The translations under genes and the position numbers were made by a program. This document shows, in pieces, positions 36,927 to 49,825 of a stretch of 64,000 nt of DNA. The stretch covers positions 1 to 64,000 of the forward strand of contig DF237138.1 in NCBI GenBank assembly GCA_000708835.1. The letters run 5' to 3'. The notes beneath the pieces were generated by a model. It made no database searches and was not told the DNA's origin. It saw only the letters and a list, made by a program, of their open reading frames with translations. Positions within the stretch are counted from its first letter, which is position 1; each line of letters starts with the position of its first letter. The stretch is from Klebsormidium nitens (lineage: Eukaryota > Plantae > Klebsormidiophyceae).

Positions 36927-39900
36927 TCAGTCGGCCCCTTTCTCTAAGCGCTCTCTCTGCGTCGCGGTAGCACTGGCCGTCACTTCCAAGCGTTCCCCCG
37001 TGGCGTCAGCTTCGACCTCCACCTCGACGTCAGACTCGACGTCAGCGTCCACGTCAGCATCCGCGTCAGCTTCCTCCTCGCTGTCGCTGTCGCTGTCCTT
37101 GCCCACCTGCTCCGCGATCGGGTCTGCCACGTCAGCTGCAAGGTCAGCAACGGCCCCACCGACGGCGCCTTTCACGGCGCCGATCCCGGAGATAGTACCT
37201 AAGGAAAGGATATAGTCACGTCAGGATGAAACAACATTTGCTTTTCAGGATACCGGCGTTGGTCCTGGACGGGTGCACCACAGATTCACACGACAGTCCA
37301 GACCAATCTCCGTGCTTTCGGCTTTTTGAAAGCTAACGGCAGAAAGTTGCAGTCGTTCGTCGCCTTCGGTTCCTGTCCGTGGGAAAGGATGCAGAAGCTG
37401 ACCGTGGTGGCGGTTTGGAGACGAGCGAAAATTGAAAAACGGCTGGAAAAGGCTCCGGTCTAGGCCTATATAGCTAGGAACGACACAAGGAGGGGTTCGA
37501 CACAGAACACCGAAACGTTGATCGATCCAACCTAGGCTCCCAGCTGAACCTCCTAGACCGTACCTGTGTCGCCACTTCTGTCATGACCCTGGTCGCCTCA
37601 AAAAGCGTCTAACCAGCACGCCCGACCGTGCTTGCTTGTCATTACAGACTCCACCGGTACGTACCTGTGGTCGCCATCTCTGTCATGGCCCCAGTCGCCG
37701 CCCCCTTGACCGCCCCCCCCAGCGCGCGCGTCAGCTTGCGGAGCGCCGTCTTCTCGGCCTCCGCCTGCTGCTCCTCCTGCATCGGGTGACGTCATGCTGG
37801 TCAGCAGTCCGCAGGGGGCTGACGTCAGCGAGTCCGACGAGCCCGCTTCACAGGGCTTTGCGGTCCGAAGGCGGTCTTTCTTAGTCAGAAGATTCCTGTT
37901 GTAGCTGGTCAGAAAGAGCTCTGGGATCACGGAGATAAGGAAGGAATGGCGCAAGGCACATGCACTTTCCCGCTCTGTGTGCTGAAGAATGTATGGCGGA
38001 TAGCAGTGCAAGCAGAACAAAGTCCAAACTAAAACACCCAAAGCCAAGTAAACATACCACCTGAATCGCCGCTCTTTGATCGAATCGTGAAGAACTGTCT
38101 TCACTCATATATACTTTCCGTCGTCTCAGGCTGTCGTCTCAGGGTAAGCCTAGTGATGTTCAATTTTCTAATACGTCCCAGATAGTATTTTGCGGGACAA
38201 ACCACAGGGGGCGAATAGAAGGGGGTTATTTCGAAACAAGCCTCACCGTCCAAAACCCTTTCTCTTGCTTCCGCATCTGCACCCCCTTCTCTTTCAGCAG
38301 GCACAGCTGCTCCGAAACCGGGTTATCCACGGCCCCCTCAATCTCTAACCCGACCCCTTCCTCAGCCTCAATCCTCTCTGCCAACTGCGGGTTTTCGATA
38401 ACCACGTCCGAACCCCCAAACCCGGTCTCGAAAACCAGGTCGGAGCTCCAATGACCCCTCTTCACTCGCAGCCCGTCCACGCTCTTCGACTGAGGCCTCG
38501 CGAGCTGCGCCCCGGTCACTTTTCGCCCCTCTTCTTTCACTTTCTGAGTGCCCGGTTCAGAGTCACCGGGCTCTTTAGCACTCTTTCCGCTCTTTTCCTC
38601 ATCACCGTCTGCCCTCTCATCCACGTCAGCAGAACCCGACAGCCCCTGCGGGATAACGTCATCCCCCACCGCCTCCAACCCTGCCTGGAAGCTAGCATCA
38701 ACGGCTGCCAACGTCTCATCCTCCTCCTCGTCATCGGCTGCCACGTCACCCCTCCGCGCCGCAACCTCCAGATCCGCCCCCACTTTCACGGGCCGTTCTG
38801 AACCCTCCAAAACGCTTTCGGCTGTCGGAAACGGCACCTCTTCAGTCTTCCCCCCCTCGCCCACCGTTTTGTACTTTTTCGCAACGACCTGCAACCGCGC
38901 GCCGCTCCTGACGCGAACTTCCCGCCCTCCTCTAGTTGCATTGACCTCCACTACTTCGTCCTCTTTTCTTTTCTCCCCCTCACCCTTGTTCGACTCACCC
39001 CCAGTCTCTACACCCCCTTTTTCTTCAATTTCTGGTCCACCCTCCCCCTCTCTCAAAACCTGCGTTTCGGCAATCTCCTTGGCCCCCTCGACTTTCCTCC
39101 GGATCGTTCCTTTCGGCTTATCTTCTTCCTGTTTCTTCTCTCGCCCGTTGATCAACTCCTGGCTCTTTTGTGCAAGCGGGTCCACTCGCGACGCGATGGT
39201 ATCGCCGAAGGCGCCGCTAATTGCGCCTTTAACGGCGCCATGAGGGATGAAGCCGCTTTTGGACGCCTCTTGCGCGGCGCCTGCAATTACATGAGCGTTG
39301 CTGAGAACAAGGTTGTTGGTTGTGATGAATACAAAAGTTGGTGTGACTTTTCAACCTGCCTGCTGAGAGATAACTACTTCAATCAGTCACCCTCAAAAAA
39401 CAGTAGTTTTAGCCAAGGCGCAATCCGGAATGGCAGTAGCAAAGTGGAACGAATGCGGAGCCATGTCAAACGAGATGCCACAGTAAACACTGAACTAGAC
39501 CCCAAGTATGGGCTTCCCACCCCTGCCCATCCCACCTCCGCCCATCCCACCCCCTTAGGTCAAGAATCACAAGCTTGTCATTCCAAAGCGATAGACCGAC
39601 CACCGCACAATGTTGGTTCCCAATTCTCGAAATGATACGACCGAAACAGAAGGGCAGAGCCAGCAAGAGCTTTTTCTCTTCAAACAACTCCAAGAGTGAC
39701 GCACAGAAACCCTTTCCCTCTCAGTCGTCGAACAACATCTGAATGAAGAAAAGCCAGGCAATCCAACCTACCCCAGATCGCCCCCTTCATCGCGCCAGAC
39801 AGCGCCTTGGTTCCCAGGTCCACCGCATTGCCGACCACCGACACCGCCGTCGTGCTCTGCCGCTCCTCCATTTGCCCCCAAACCATTCCCTCTTCCTTGA

Positions 39901-42120
39901 CCCCTTCCGAAGCCGTCGCATCACTGTGCACATTCACACTCCCCTCGCTTCCGCTCGCCGAATCCGACTTCTTCTCTTTTTCCTTTTTCTCTTCCCCTTC
40001 CTTCTTCTCTTTTTTCGTCTTCCGACCCGCTTCCTTCTTCTTTTCGGTCCCGAGAATCTTCCCCATGCGTCCGTCCGTTGTCTTCTCCCGTTTGATAATC
40101 ACGGTTCCGCCGGACTTGGCACGTAACCGGGCCTCGAGCTCTTCGGCCGCTTGCTCCCCCCGCTCAACAGCGTCCTCGCCAATCTCCTGTGCGGGGGGGT
40201 CGATAAAGAGGGAGACCACGTCTGCGACGGCCCCCGTCAAAGCCCCCCGGAACGCAGCAATTTCGATCTGGCCGCCACCAACTGCGCAACAAGGGGGATA
40301 CAATAGTGAGTTGGAGTGCATTCTGGGGACAAACAAAATTGAAGGAACGACTTGTGTGCCAAATGCTCAAGAGGCACTAGGGGCAAGCGCCATGAGAATA
40401 TTCTCGACTCTTACAACGAACTTGAAGCCGAAGACTTGTAAAGCAAAGTGTGTCTGAATCAAAAACATATCCTAAAAGGGTTCTTCTTTAGAGTGAAGAA
40501 AGTACAACACAAATGCGAGTGTCAAAAGATTACCAAGATTGGCAGGTCACAATCCCAACAACGCTATGCCACACGGTTTGAAATCGGGCCTAATGTCTGG
40601 CAAAAGCTGCTATCCCGCAATGGTATGACAAAAGGAGTCCGTGTCTTGTGTGCCGATCATAGGTTTTTTTCCAGGTGACTCTAAAAGGGAGTTCCTCTTT
40701 CTCTCTAACAGATCTGCACTGTGCTTCCGTCTAGAAATCGTGTTGTTAGGATATGATCTGCTTCAAAAAACTCAGACAGGGCTCTGCATAAGCTGCAAGA
40801 GAACCAAGAAGAAACGAAAAGAACCCAAGAATGTGAAATTGCACAGTGTGTAAGAATTTGGCCCGTACCAGACATTGTCCTCTTTCTTGATCAAACGGGT
40901 TTGGGCCGTTTAATACTTGGGCTCCGCACACTAAATGCCAGGGTCTGCTAAATCGCCGGGGTTTACAACTGTTACAACTCAGCAAATCTAATCCGTTCGA
41001 TCAAGGGTCTGATCAAACGGCCAATTTCATTCGATTGTAAGATATGCCCAAAAGCGTCTTCTCATCTGAGCAACTCCTCACCATGCATCCCAACAGACTC
41101 TGCCATCGACGCGGCCGCCCCGCCTTTCACCGCCCCCGAGAGCCCCTTTGCAATGATCCTTGCAACCGGAACGCCACCGATCCGCCCCTCACCGACTACG
41201 TTTTCCAAAACCTCTGTTAACTTCGTTACAGACTCTGACACCATCCCCTCGCTCGTGCTCTTTACTGCTCTGACAGCCCCGTTCGCTTGCTGAAAACTTT
41301 GACCTACCCTGCTCCGCCTATTTTTGCCCTTCTTCTCTTTGCGTTCATTGTTCCCCTCAGGTGACGCCCCCTCAGTCGCTCCCTCTCTACTTTTCCCAGC
41401 TACTCCATTCTCACCTCCCCTCTTTCTGACTTGCGCTTGATATGATTGGACTTTGCTTTGAGGCTCTGCCTTGCTTGGATCCACCTTCTTCCTTCTCGTC
41501 AATTTGATCCCCGCATCCGAGGGCCCAGATTCCCGGTCTGACTCCGAGTCTGAATCCTGGACTGCCCCATAAGGATCCAAGACAATCTGCTGCTCCCCTA
41601 GCGTCATACTGCCCCGGGGTTTCAGAGGCCTCAACACATTGCTCGTATCACCTTCCACAGAGCTACCCCTGCCGCCAGACTCCCCGGTTCTAGTTGTACC
41701 TTCACCAGTTGCCACCTCTCTCTCAGGGCTGAGAACTGCCGACGGTAGACGCCTTGACCTCACACCGCGCCTCTGGCCTCGCAAGGATGCTTTGTCGAGC
41801 TTGGACCATGGTTGTAAGTCAAGAAGGCCCTGCGCTCCTCTGTTATCAAACAGCCAATTTGCATGCACCCCTCTCCTTTCCTGTGATTGCTGCTGATCTT
41901 TCGCTGTGTTTCGTCTCCAAAAGGACTGACTCCGAAACCCTTGAGCAGGCTGTCTTTTACTACACCGACAGCTGAGATCCAGACTGGAAGACCAGTCCAG
42001 CTTGGCACGGCATCTATAAACTGCTGGCGCTTGATTCTTCCAGCTTCTGACCCTGACCTCTCCGAGCGTAATCCCCCACCCTCCAGCCGCTGTGCCATCA
42101 ATGCTGCTGACGCTTTGCAT
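36927..42120 (-). CDS. Uncharacterised ~988-aa protein with an N-terminal transit-peptide-like region and three Gly/Ala-rich (glycine-zipper-like) modules separated by charged low-complexity linkers. Exons 42120-41082, 40281-39772, 39280-38247, 37776-37665, 37198-36927
   Basis: Long ORFs 41062-42120, 39680-40336, 38226-39185 and 36927-37175 join through phase-consistent GT-AG introns. The motifs GAVKG/GAMKG...GAVAD/GAFGD...DP recur three times. Confidence 0.8.
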
Positions 42121-43685
42121 CTTCCTTTACTCTCTTTCTTTCAGCTCATTAGTTCTTTCTCCAACTACCTTTTCAACACTAATGAAGCTTGAAGCGTATG
42201 TATATACAGGACATGCCGCCTGCAAACATGTAAATCTGGCAATGAATTCCTCCTCAGGCTGTCAATCATACCACCATCAGAACTCCCACCAAAATCGGCC
42301 TTTTTAGAAAGCAAAGCTCTTAGCACTTTTGCTTACTAAAGTTCAGATCTAAGCAACGATTGAAGTTTTACAAGCCACGTAGAAGAACCCCCTTTGAAAA
42401 TTTCACAACCTTTCCTTCAATTGCCCGAACAAGCATTGCAATCACTTCGGCATTCTTCTCAAAAGCGGAATGATCCGACATCCTGCTCTCGTGGGGAAAT
42501 TCCCAAGCTCAAGGGACGAAACAGTTGGCTGAGTTGCTAGAATAGCAGCACTAGCTGAGCACTGAGCTGAGCACTGAGCTTGAGCGTGACAAGGATGCAA
42601 GCACGTGACCTAGTTGGGACAGATCAGCGTCTTTTTCGTTTGGACACGTGGCAGCTTTCAGGGGCCACCCGAGATTCGGATGGTCGGACGATATTAAAGT
42701 TTGGGGGTCGAATTCTGCCGCGCAATCTGCTGTGTTCGGACGTCCGGTGGGACGGCAGCACCAAATTGAAACATGCATGATGGCGGCGCCGCAGCTTTCA
42801 AAGGTGGAAAGAAGAGCTGCGGACAGATCCTCCATTCCAAGCCCTCACAATGTCACATCACACAAGCTAGCAGATGTTGGGCAATTGGGGTGCACAGCAT
42901 TGTGGTGTTCGTTCCCAGTGCTGTAGAACCAAGGAGAGCAGTTGAAACAGGCACGGAAGGAGGTGACCGCATCTAATGTGCCGACATCAGGCGCGACACA
43001 ATCATGCGGTACCTAGAATGCGTGCCTAGGCCAGCAGCAAAGTTCGTCCAACAAACATTGAGTTGCTCGAAGGCGTTTCGGTGCCAGCGAATCGTATTCA
43101 AATCCAGTGGCGGCTCTTTTCCATTCCTTTTACATCAATCCTCGGCTTGTGCAGCACTTACAGCTCAGGTCTTTGCTGTTGGAAGCTGGGAGAGCAATTG
43201 GGGTGGCTTGAGAACTGCCACCTCGGTTAACAGCGGGGTCAATATCAGGTAAGAATGATGTTGATTGTTTCATCGTCGGCAATCTTGTCAGTCCAACGTT
43301 TTACTGAGGCTCAATTTGTCACCAAGCAAAGTTGACATGCTGAATCACAGAAAGCAATTGTCATGAGGAAAAGAGGAATGACAACGCCGTACTTGTCCAC
43401 ACCACCTTTTCTTTAAAGTATTTCGGGACTCTGAGAGAGTTCCACCACCTGAAGCGATTGGCATTTCTGTCGCTGCAAAGAAATCCTACTCCAGCTCAGT
43501 GCGGTCTCATGGTGGTCACTGAGATACTATGTACGTTGCTGCAATAGCATCTTTGATGTATACCAGTCTCTGGATTGCCTTCATACTGCCCTCTCTACGC
43601 ATTGTAGGGGCAGCTCCTTTCGCCGTCGTTGAAGAAAGGCAAGAAGAGAGCGGTTGGCTATAGCTAGGAAGATCAAGCTGATCCA

Positions 43686-46514
43686 ATGCCAAACACTGTA
43701 CATGGCAGCTGGAAAAGCGCTCTTCTGATGTGTTGGCCTGTACACTTGCTGTATCTTGTGCCCTTCCTTGTTGCCGTGCTCAGGTGAGACTGGACTGCTT
43801 ATTCGATGGCGCCTCTCCAAACATTTGCTATCGGACTTCAATCAAACTTCTTGGACTTTGCTAGTAATCGTCTCCTGATGACTCAGGTACCCCCAACGCT
43901 TTTCTCTCAGCTCTTGCTTGTAGGGCTACTCACCATCTGCGGTCACAGATCAAGAACTGTCTACAACTGCCTCTCCTTCTCACAGAAAGCGACTGTTTTT
44001 CTATTGCCAGGCACACAAGCGAAGAGACTCACGACCCTGACTCAGACTCTCCCATGCGCAGGCCCAGCTTTGCAAGAGCTCCAGCAACGGTTAGCTTCTC
44101 GACTGGGGCAGTCAGCATGGCGGGAGGTGCTTCGGAGCCAGGCGCTGCGGAGTATATTGTTGTCTACGTGACCATCTCAAACGTTGAGGAAGGTGCGCCC
44201 GTCAATTCCCCCTCCCTTAAGGCTCCTGGCTAAGGAATGAGGACTCAAGTAAGGATTGGTGTGCTAGTTGGCCGAACTACGAATCAGGACTTAAAAGTGG
44301 AGCAGCAGAGGAAATAGCAGATTATAAGAAGCTTCCAAGCACATGTTGGATATGGGGAATCTCACAAGCTGTGTCATAGAACCCTCTAGGACCGAGTGTG
44401 ATAGCGTGATGCGAGTTGGATGTCTGCGCATTGGTCAGAAAGCTTTTGACAGACTCGATGACATTTCGAAGTTCGCTCACTTCAAACAAAGAGGAAGGCG
44501 TTTCACGTTCGAGGCCTTGTTACTCTTATTCTCACGCCGGGGACCAGCTAGATTTAAACAGAGCATCTCCATGTAATAAAGATCAGGCAGCACTGGGTGA
44601 GGTAAGATGCATCTGGGAGGCCTAGGTTGAGATCCCGTCTCTCGGCTTCCTTGCTGCTGACGCTGTCAAATTTCTCGCAGGTCGCAAGCTCGCAAAGAGC
44701 ATAGTCGAGGCCAAGCTAGCGGCGTGCGTGAATATGGTGCCAGGTCCGTGGAGTTTCAACTGCTTGAATCGTCCGCTCGATTGTGAAGCTACTCGGTTTA
44801 GAAGCTTGTCTTTTCCAGACTCCAGACTTCTTTGTAGGTTATCGATTCGAGCCGTCTTGGGGTTCTGTAAGTCGCAAAAGGTTCATCTATGACATCCTTG
44901 TCGTCAGCCTTACGTCTTCTTCCGGACGCAGGTCTGCTACGGTCGTCACTTTTCTGCTCTAATTGTGATTCAGGCTTCCTGTCGCTTCTGCAGGCGTCGA
45001 GTCGACTTATTGGTGGGAAGGAAAGGTAAGGTCCGGTGGATCATACGCTCTTCTAAGTTGTTTCGTACGTTTGGCACCGCAAAAGATTTAGCCTTTGCAG
45101 GAAAGCAATATCGGTTTATCAACGTTGCCATGACGAGAAGGTGGCAAAAGCTGATAGAACTGAAGTTTGAAAGCCGTTGTGCCATTAGCTGGGACGCCCA
45201 GATTACTCTCCGAGTGCAACACGTCATTGTCTAACTTTACGAAAACGTCAAGCCTGATGGGGACGCTTCGACAACAACTGGACGGTCTGGAAATTCGCAA
45301 TCCTTATGAGCGACTGGCAATCGTACAATCTGTCCAACACGAGACGGCTTTTGAGAGCGCTTGTTATTTTTCGTCGCAAACCGTAAGTAAGTACCTCCCA
45401 ATCATCCCGGAGAGCAAAGAGGGTCGACGGAAGGGATTGTCCTTCATACCCGGGGTCGAGTCAAGTTTGCGCTATCCCTAAAACCGGAGAGCGGTTGAGA
45501 AAACGCTGTCTCTTTCGCGTTGAAAATTTCCAGCGGATGTCCCTGAGAAACCGAATGTGGTTAATACGTAGCATCCCATCTCTGTGCAGATGACAAATGC
45601 TGATCAAGTAGTTTTTATTTAAAATTAAGAAAGCTTCGCGGACGTGGTCATCCCGTATTTGTGCAGGTAACCACCGACTCCGAGGTGCTGCTCATCGCCA
45701 AGACCCGCCAATCCCTACTAGGAGAGCTGACCGCCTTCGTGAAGGCCAATCATCCTTACGAGTGAGCACTATGATTGTTGATGGCAGAAACACTCATTAA
45801 TCCTCATTTCCGCTTTTCGGCAAACGCAGGTTAGTGGCTGCGTTAGCACAGTCGTTTTGCCGCTCGACTCAGCACAGCTGACGAAGTATTGTCCTAGGCT
45901 TAGTCGTAAGCTGATTCGCTCGCTAAAAGAGAATGAACGCGTTCGAGCAGGGTGTGATTCCTGTCACGGAAAACAAGGTCCTGAAATCTGGACGACCTGT
46001 CGTGCTTTCGACCTTACTGCTTTGCTTGGCGGCTCAGGCATCGCACTGGAATGTTTTTTTACTGCGAGACGCTGGCACAGTGGGCATCATCAGACCGCAA
46101 TGCCACTGGGCAGGCACTCATCTTATCTTATGTTCCCAATCTTAGAAAAATTTGCAATGAAAGCCTCGGAGGAGCAGCTGGTTCTCTGAAGGTCTCCTCA
46201 TTGTCAAAGACAACTAGGTTTAGCTTGGTGTCAATTCCAAACCTTTAGTTGACGGAGTCCCGGAGTGCGCTTAGAGTTATGACGTGAACAACGGAGATAT
46301 TTGATCTCTCGAATGCTGCTGCCGCTTCATTTTAAGCTGAGTGGCTCCATGTGAATCTTCTAGCTAAAGTCCGCATCTGGAAGTCTGCATCGACCTTCAT
46401 TGTAAGCGATCCGATCATCTTTGCAGGCTACCGGAGGTTATCAGTTTACCAATCACAGGGGGCAACGACAAGTATATCGAGTGGCTCGGGCAAAGCACCG
46501 AGCGCAAGGGCTAG
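43686..46514 (+). CDS. CutA: CutA divalent-cation tolerance protein with an N-terminal extension, ~168 aa. Exons 43686-43783, 44062-44192, 44681-44743, 44994-45025, 45667-45761, 46427-46514
   Basis: YIVVYVTISNVEEGRKLAKSIVEAKLAACVNMVPGVESTYWWEGKVTTDSEVLLIAKTR..FVKANHPYELPEVISLPITGGNDKYIEWL is the canonical CutA1 sequence. Exon 1 is less certain. Confidence 0.93.
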
Positions 46515-49500
46515 CGAACCCACTTCGCACGTCGTCAGAGACCTGGCTAGGTAAAAGACGAACAAAATCCTGCAGCAATAAACTACGTCAAGCGTCGCAC
46601 TGTGGTCGTAATCAGCTAAAACCTGTTCAGTCCCCTCTCAAGAGACGTCAGCCGGTCGCTTTGTAACAACCGGTCCGTCCCTTATTCATTCTGTGGTGAA
46701 GAGGACACCAGCATCGGATTTTTTAAGGCGTCCAGTCTCAAAACCGAGCCTCTTTGCCTTTTACAACATTGAACGATCCGCTCCGATCGTGGGGTACCTG
46801 CCGGCTGCTGCGCCAAAACTTTTTTCTGCTCTGCATTTGTCCGATGTGGTGTTTAATCACGGGGACCATGGTCAATAGTCCAAGTTTGTCTTAACCTTGC
46901 CTCTAGAGAATCAGCAGAAGGGGTTCATCTACCCCAAACCAGTAGAGACACACGTCCATCTACAACGATATTCTGCTTTCTGCTCGCATGCGAGGTCATT
47001 TCGACGTTTTTGAAACGGCAGTCTGGAGTTTCAAGTGGGCTCCCACTGGTTAGTTGGAAAGACGCGTAGAGGCCAGTGTTGCATTGTTAAGTCGTTGGTT
47101 CGTCGAGAAAGCACCTTCCGACTGAAGGACCCAGTAACGTAGATAAGTTCGTCGCGAAGAGCAGTCACCGAGGCGGTTGACGATTCATCGAAAGTGCGAA
47201 GCAATCTGAAGTGGGCTTTTCCGGCACCCTGTCTCTTTCTCTTGGTGAATCGCTTTCAGCGCTGACCTAGCGGAGCGCTCCCTCGATCTAAAAAGCGGCC
47301 GCCCCTGATTCTATTCAAGGTCAACCTCAACGGATTGTGCCCCAGCTACGTCACCCTTTCAAAGATGATCGGCTTGCGAATCCAATTCGAATGGTGTTCA
47401 TCAGGTCGGGCCTTTTATTCTGTACGTTAAGCGTTTGCCCGCAGACCTGTTGTGCTGGCTGCACTAAGATCTGCCGCCGTGCTTCTGATTGGCCGCTGCT
47501 CAGGTTCAACTAAGTTTTCGCTTGGCAAATTCAGTGTTCTGACTACGGCTTTTTGAGGCTCTCGTAGTTATTTCTCAAGCAAGACCAGTCAGTAAAATGA
47601 CTGGTCCAAATCCAAAAGGACACCAATTGTATCAAGTTTGTGGTCAGCGACGGATGGTAGCCAAGGCACACCCTGACTACTTTTCCCTCAAAGTGCCTAG
47701 TCTTCTTACTCTGTTGATTCTGCTTCGCTGTCACCTCTCCTAGATTGCGAGTCAGGCTGCTGGAATGAATCTTGCCTTACATGCGTGCTGTCAGTTGTAC
47801 CCTTGTACCCTTTGTTAAGACCAGAATCATCAACAACTGGGAGAGCAACTCACGTGATCGATGAACTCTTTCCCTGAGACACTCGCCATTTTGGTTCGAG
47901 GTTGTAGATGATATTCGCTCCAGTCAAAGAACCGACCATGTTGTTTCGCCCGGGCCGGTCTCGTATTGGGCTGCACGATTAGGCAAGTTTAACAGCAAGT
48001 TTCAGGGATGACGTTTCGGTTGCCAGCTGGTGCCTTCTTTCACGTTTGTTCCGCCGCTGGTGGCTGTCTGCTTATCATACGAGCGTGCTCGACAACGAAG
48101 TCATACGACCGACTCAGTCTGGTCTCGGGGCGAGCATTAAATGCCGGCCATCGCCGCAGGCAGTCCGACACTGTCACCGAGTAGTCGAGCAATTATGGAC
48201 CGTGCAACGCCTTTTCTCCGAACGACAACTGGCAAGCGTGACGTTGTTTTGACGTACGTAAGTTGCCAGATGGCAACCTGTCTGCCACGCGTCATCTTTC
48301 GATGGACCCCTATCCGGCGTCACGCACATCGGAAATAAATAGTGACGTTCTGGGAGGTGACGCCTGTTTACCCGAATCGTGGCATTTGCGTCATGACTGT
48401 GCCCTGATTAAACGGCCATGAGGTTCCAAGGATCTAGTCATCGATGATCGTTCATTTGACTGCCAAGAACTTGGACACAGCTTTTACCTGCGAATCAGTG
48501 CTGTGAACTGCATTTTCACATTCAAGAATTTGTCTAATGAAAAAATAGGCGACTGCCCCCAAGTGCCACTGAAGAACTGGAGCTGATGTGCATTGACGTT
48601 GCGCAGCATTTTGACAGGTGGCAAGTAGTGCGTACTGTCAATTACTGTGAGTTTCTGTTGCCAATTAGATTTCTTGCAAGTAAGACCTGGTTCCAGAGAT
48701 CACCTTGTCCACTTTGGAAATGTGATCAAGCTTGCTAGCCCCCATTGGTTTTCAAAAGCGCTTCCTTTGGGGCTGTTGATCATTTTCATATTAAAGCCTG
48801 TCTTGCAGCTTTGGGGCGAGGTTCGCAACCTGGGAGCTCACTTCTTAGAACCTCTTACATAATGTCACTGCACTAGAAGCCTCAGTTCCTGAACTCCTAT
48901 AGTCTGCATTGTTAGTACGTGTCTGGCTCATCGCTTGCGGCAGCTCGTTTGAGCTCTTTGGGACCAAGCAGGTGTGGGAGGGAGTTACAAGAACACCCGT
49001 GACAACCCCACCAGGTAAGTCGTATACATTTCTGAGCTCTGCAAATACGATTGCCTCAGAATATCTGAGAAACAATCTGCGAGTGTTTGGTCCCTAGCTT
49101 TTGCTGCATTGCCATTAGTAAGTAGTGAACGGTACGACGCTGGTCCAAAGGGTTAAGTTAATTTTTTCCAGAATTGTTTTTGACCTTCCTTGAAGCAATC
49201 ATGACCCAATGACCAAGAGACTGCAGACAAGGTGTGTTGTCGCAGAATGCAATTTGAGCTTTCCTCAAAGGCTTAACCTTTCTTGCCTCCTACTTCTCCC
49301 CATAGAAATGCCATTCTGAGTTCCCCCAAAGAAGTGAATGAGAGGGAGACCTTACTGTGAGGCTGTGCCGCAGAAAGGGCATGCCTTTAGCTCTCCTTGA
49401 CAAGGAATATAGTATGGCATTGAGCGATCCCAGTTCAACTTTGAGCCACTCGCAGCTTCGGTTTGATGTTGGCGGTTTCGAGTAGGGTCTTGGCCTGGGG

Positions 49501-49825
49501 ACTCTGGTGTCTTTCCGCTGAGAAATATGAGGAACAAATCTTACTTGCCAGCTTGCAGCTTGTCAATGAGACGACTCTTCGTTTCAACAAGCATGGCAGA
49601 ATCCTCGTTCTTGGTCATAAAGTGTGGCGCGTTAATCCACAAACGCGGCGACCTGGGAAGAGTTATCAAACAGAAATGTCAAGGTTTCGTTACGAAACCC
49701 TTGTTGGGAACCTAGCACATTCGATGCAAGCAAAAATGACAGCACTAAATGGCCAGAAGTCAGGGAAAGCAAAAGCTTACTTGTCATTTGTCCCCACAGG
49801 GGGAGTTCCCTAGCTTGCAGCAGAC

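Noticed and set aside
38548-40457. Plus-strand ORFs of 231 and 216 aa
   Set aside because: Antisense shadows of the low-complexity exons of the minus-strand gene.
43806-44171. ORF 43806-44171 as the CutA N-terminus
   Set aside because: Wrong frame for the CutA core; the exon 43686-43783 gives a phase-compatible start instead.
46515-49800. Possible gene or ncRNA in the 3.3-kb spacer between CutA and the PKD2-like gene
   Set aside because: Only short ORFs without motifs or consistent splice signals; no tRNA/rRNA pattern seen.
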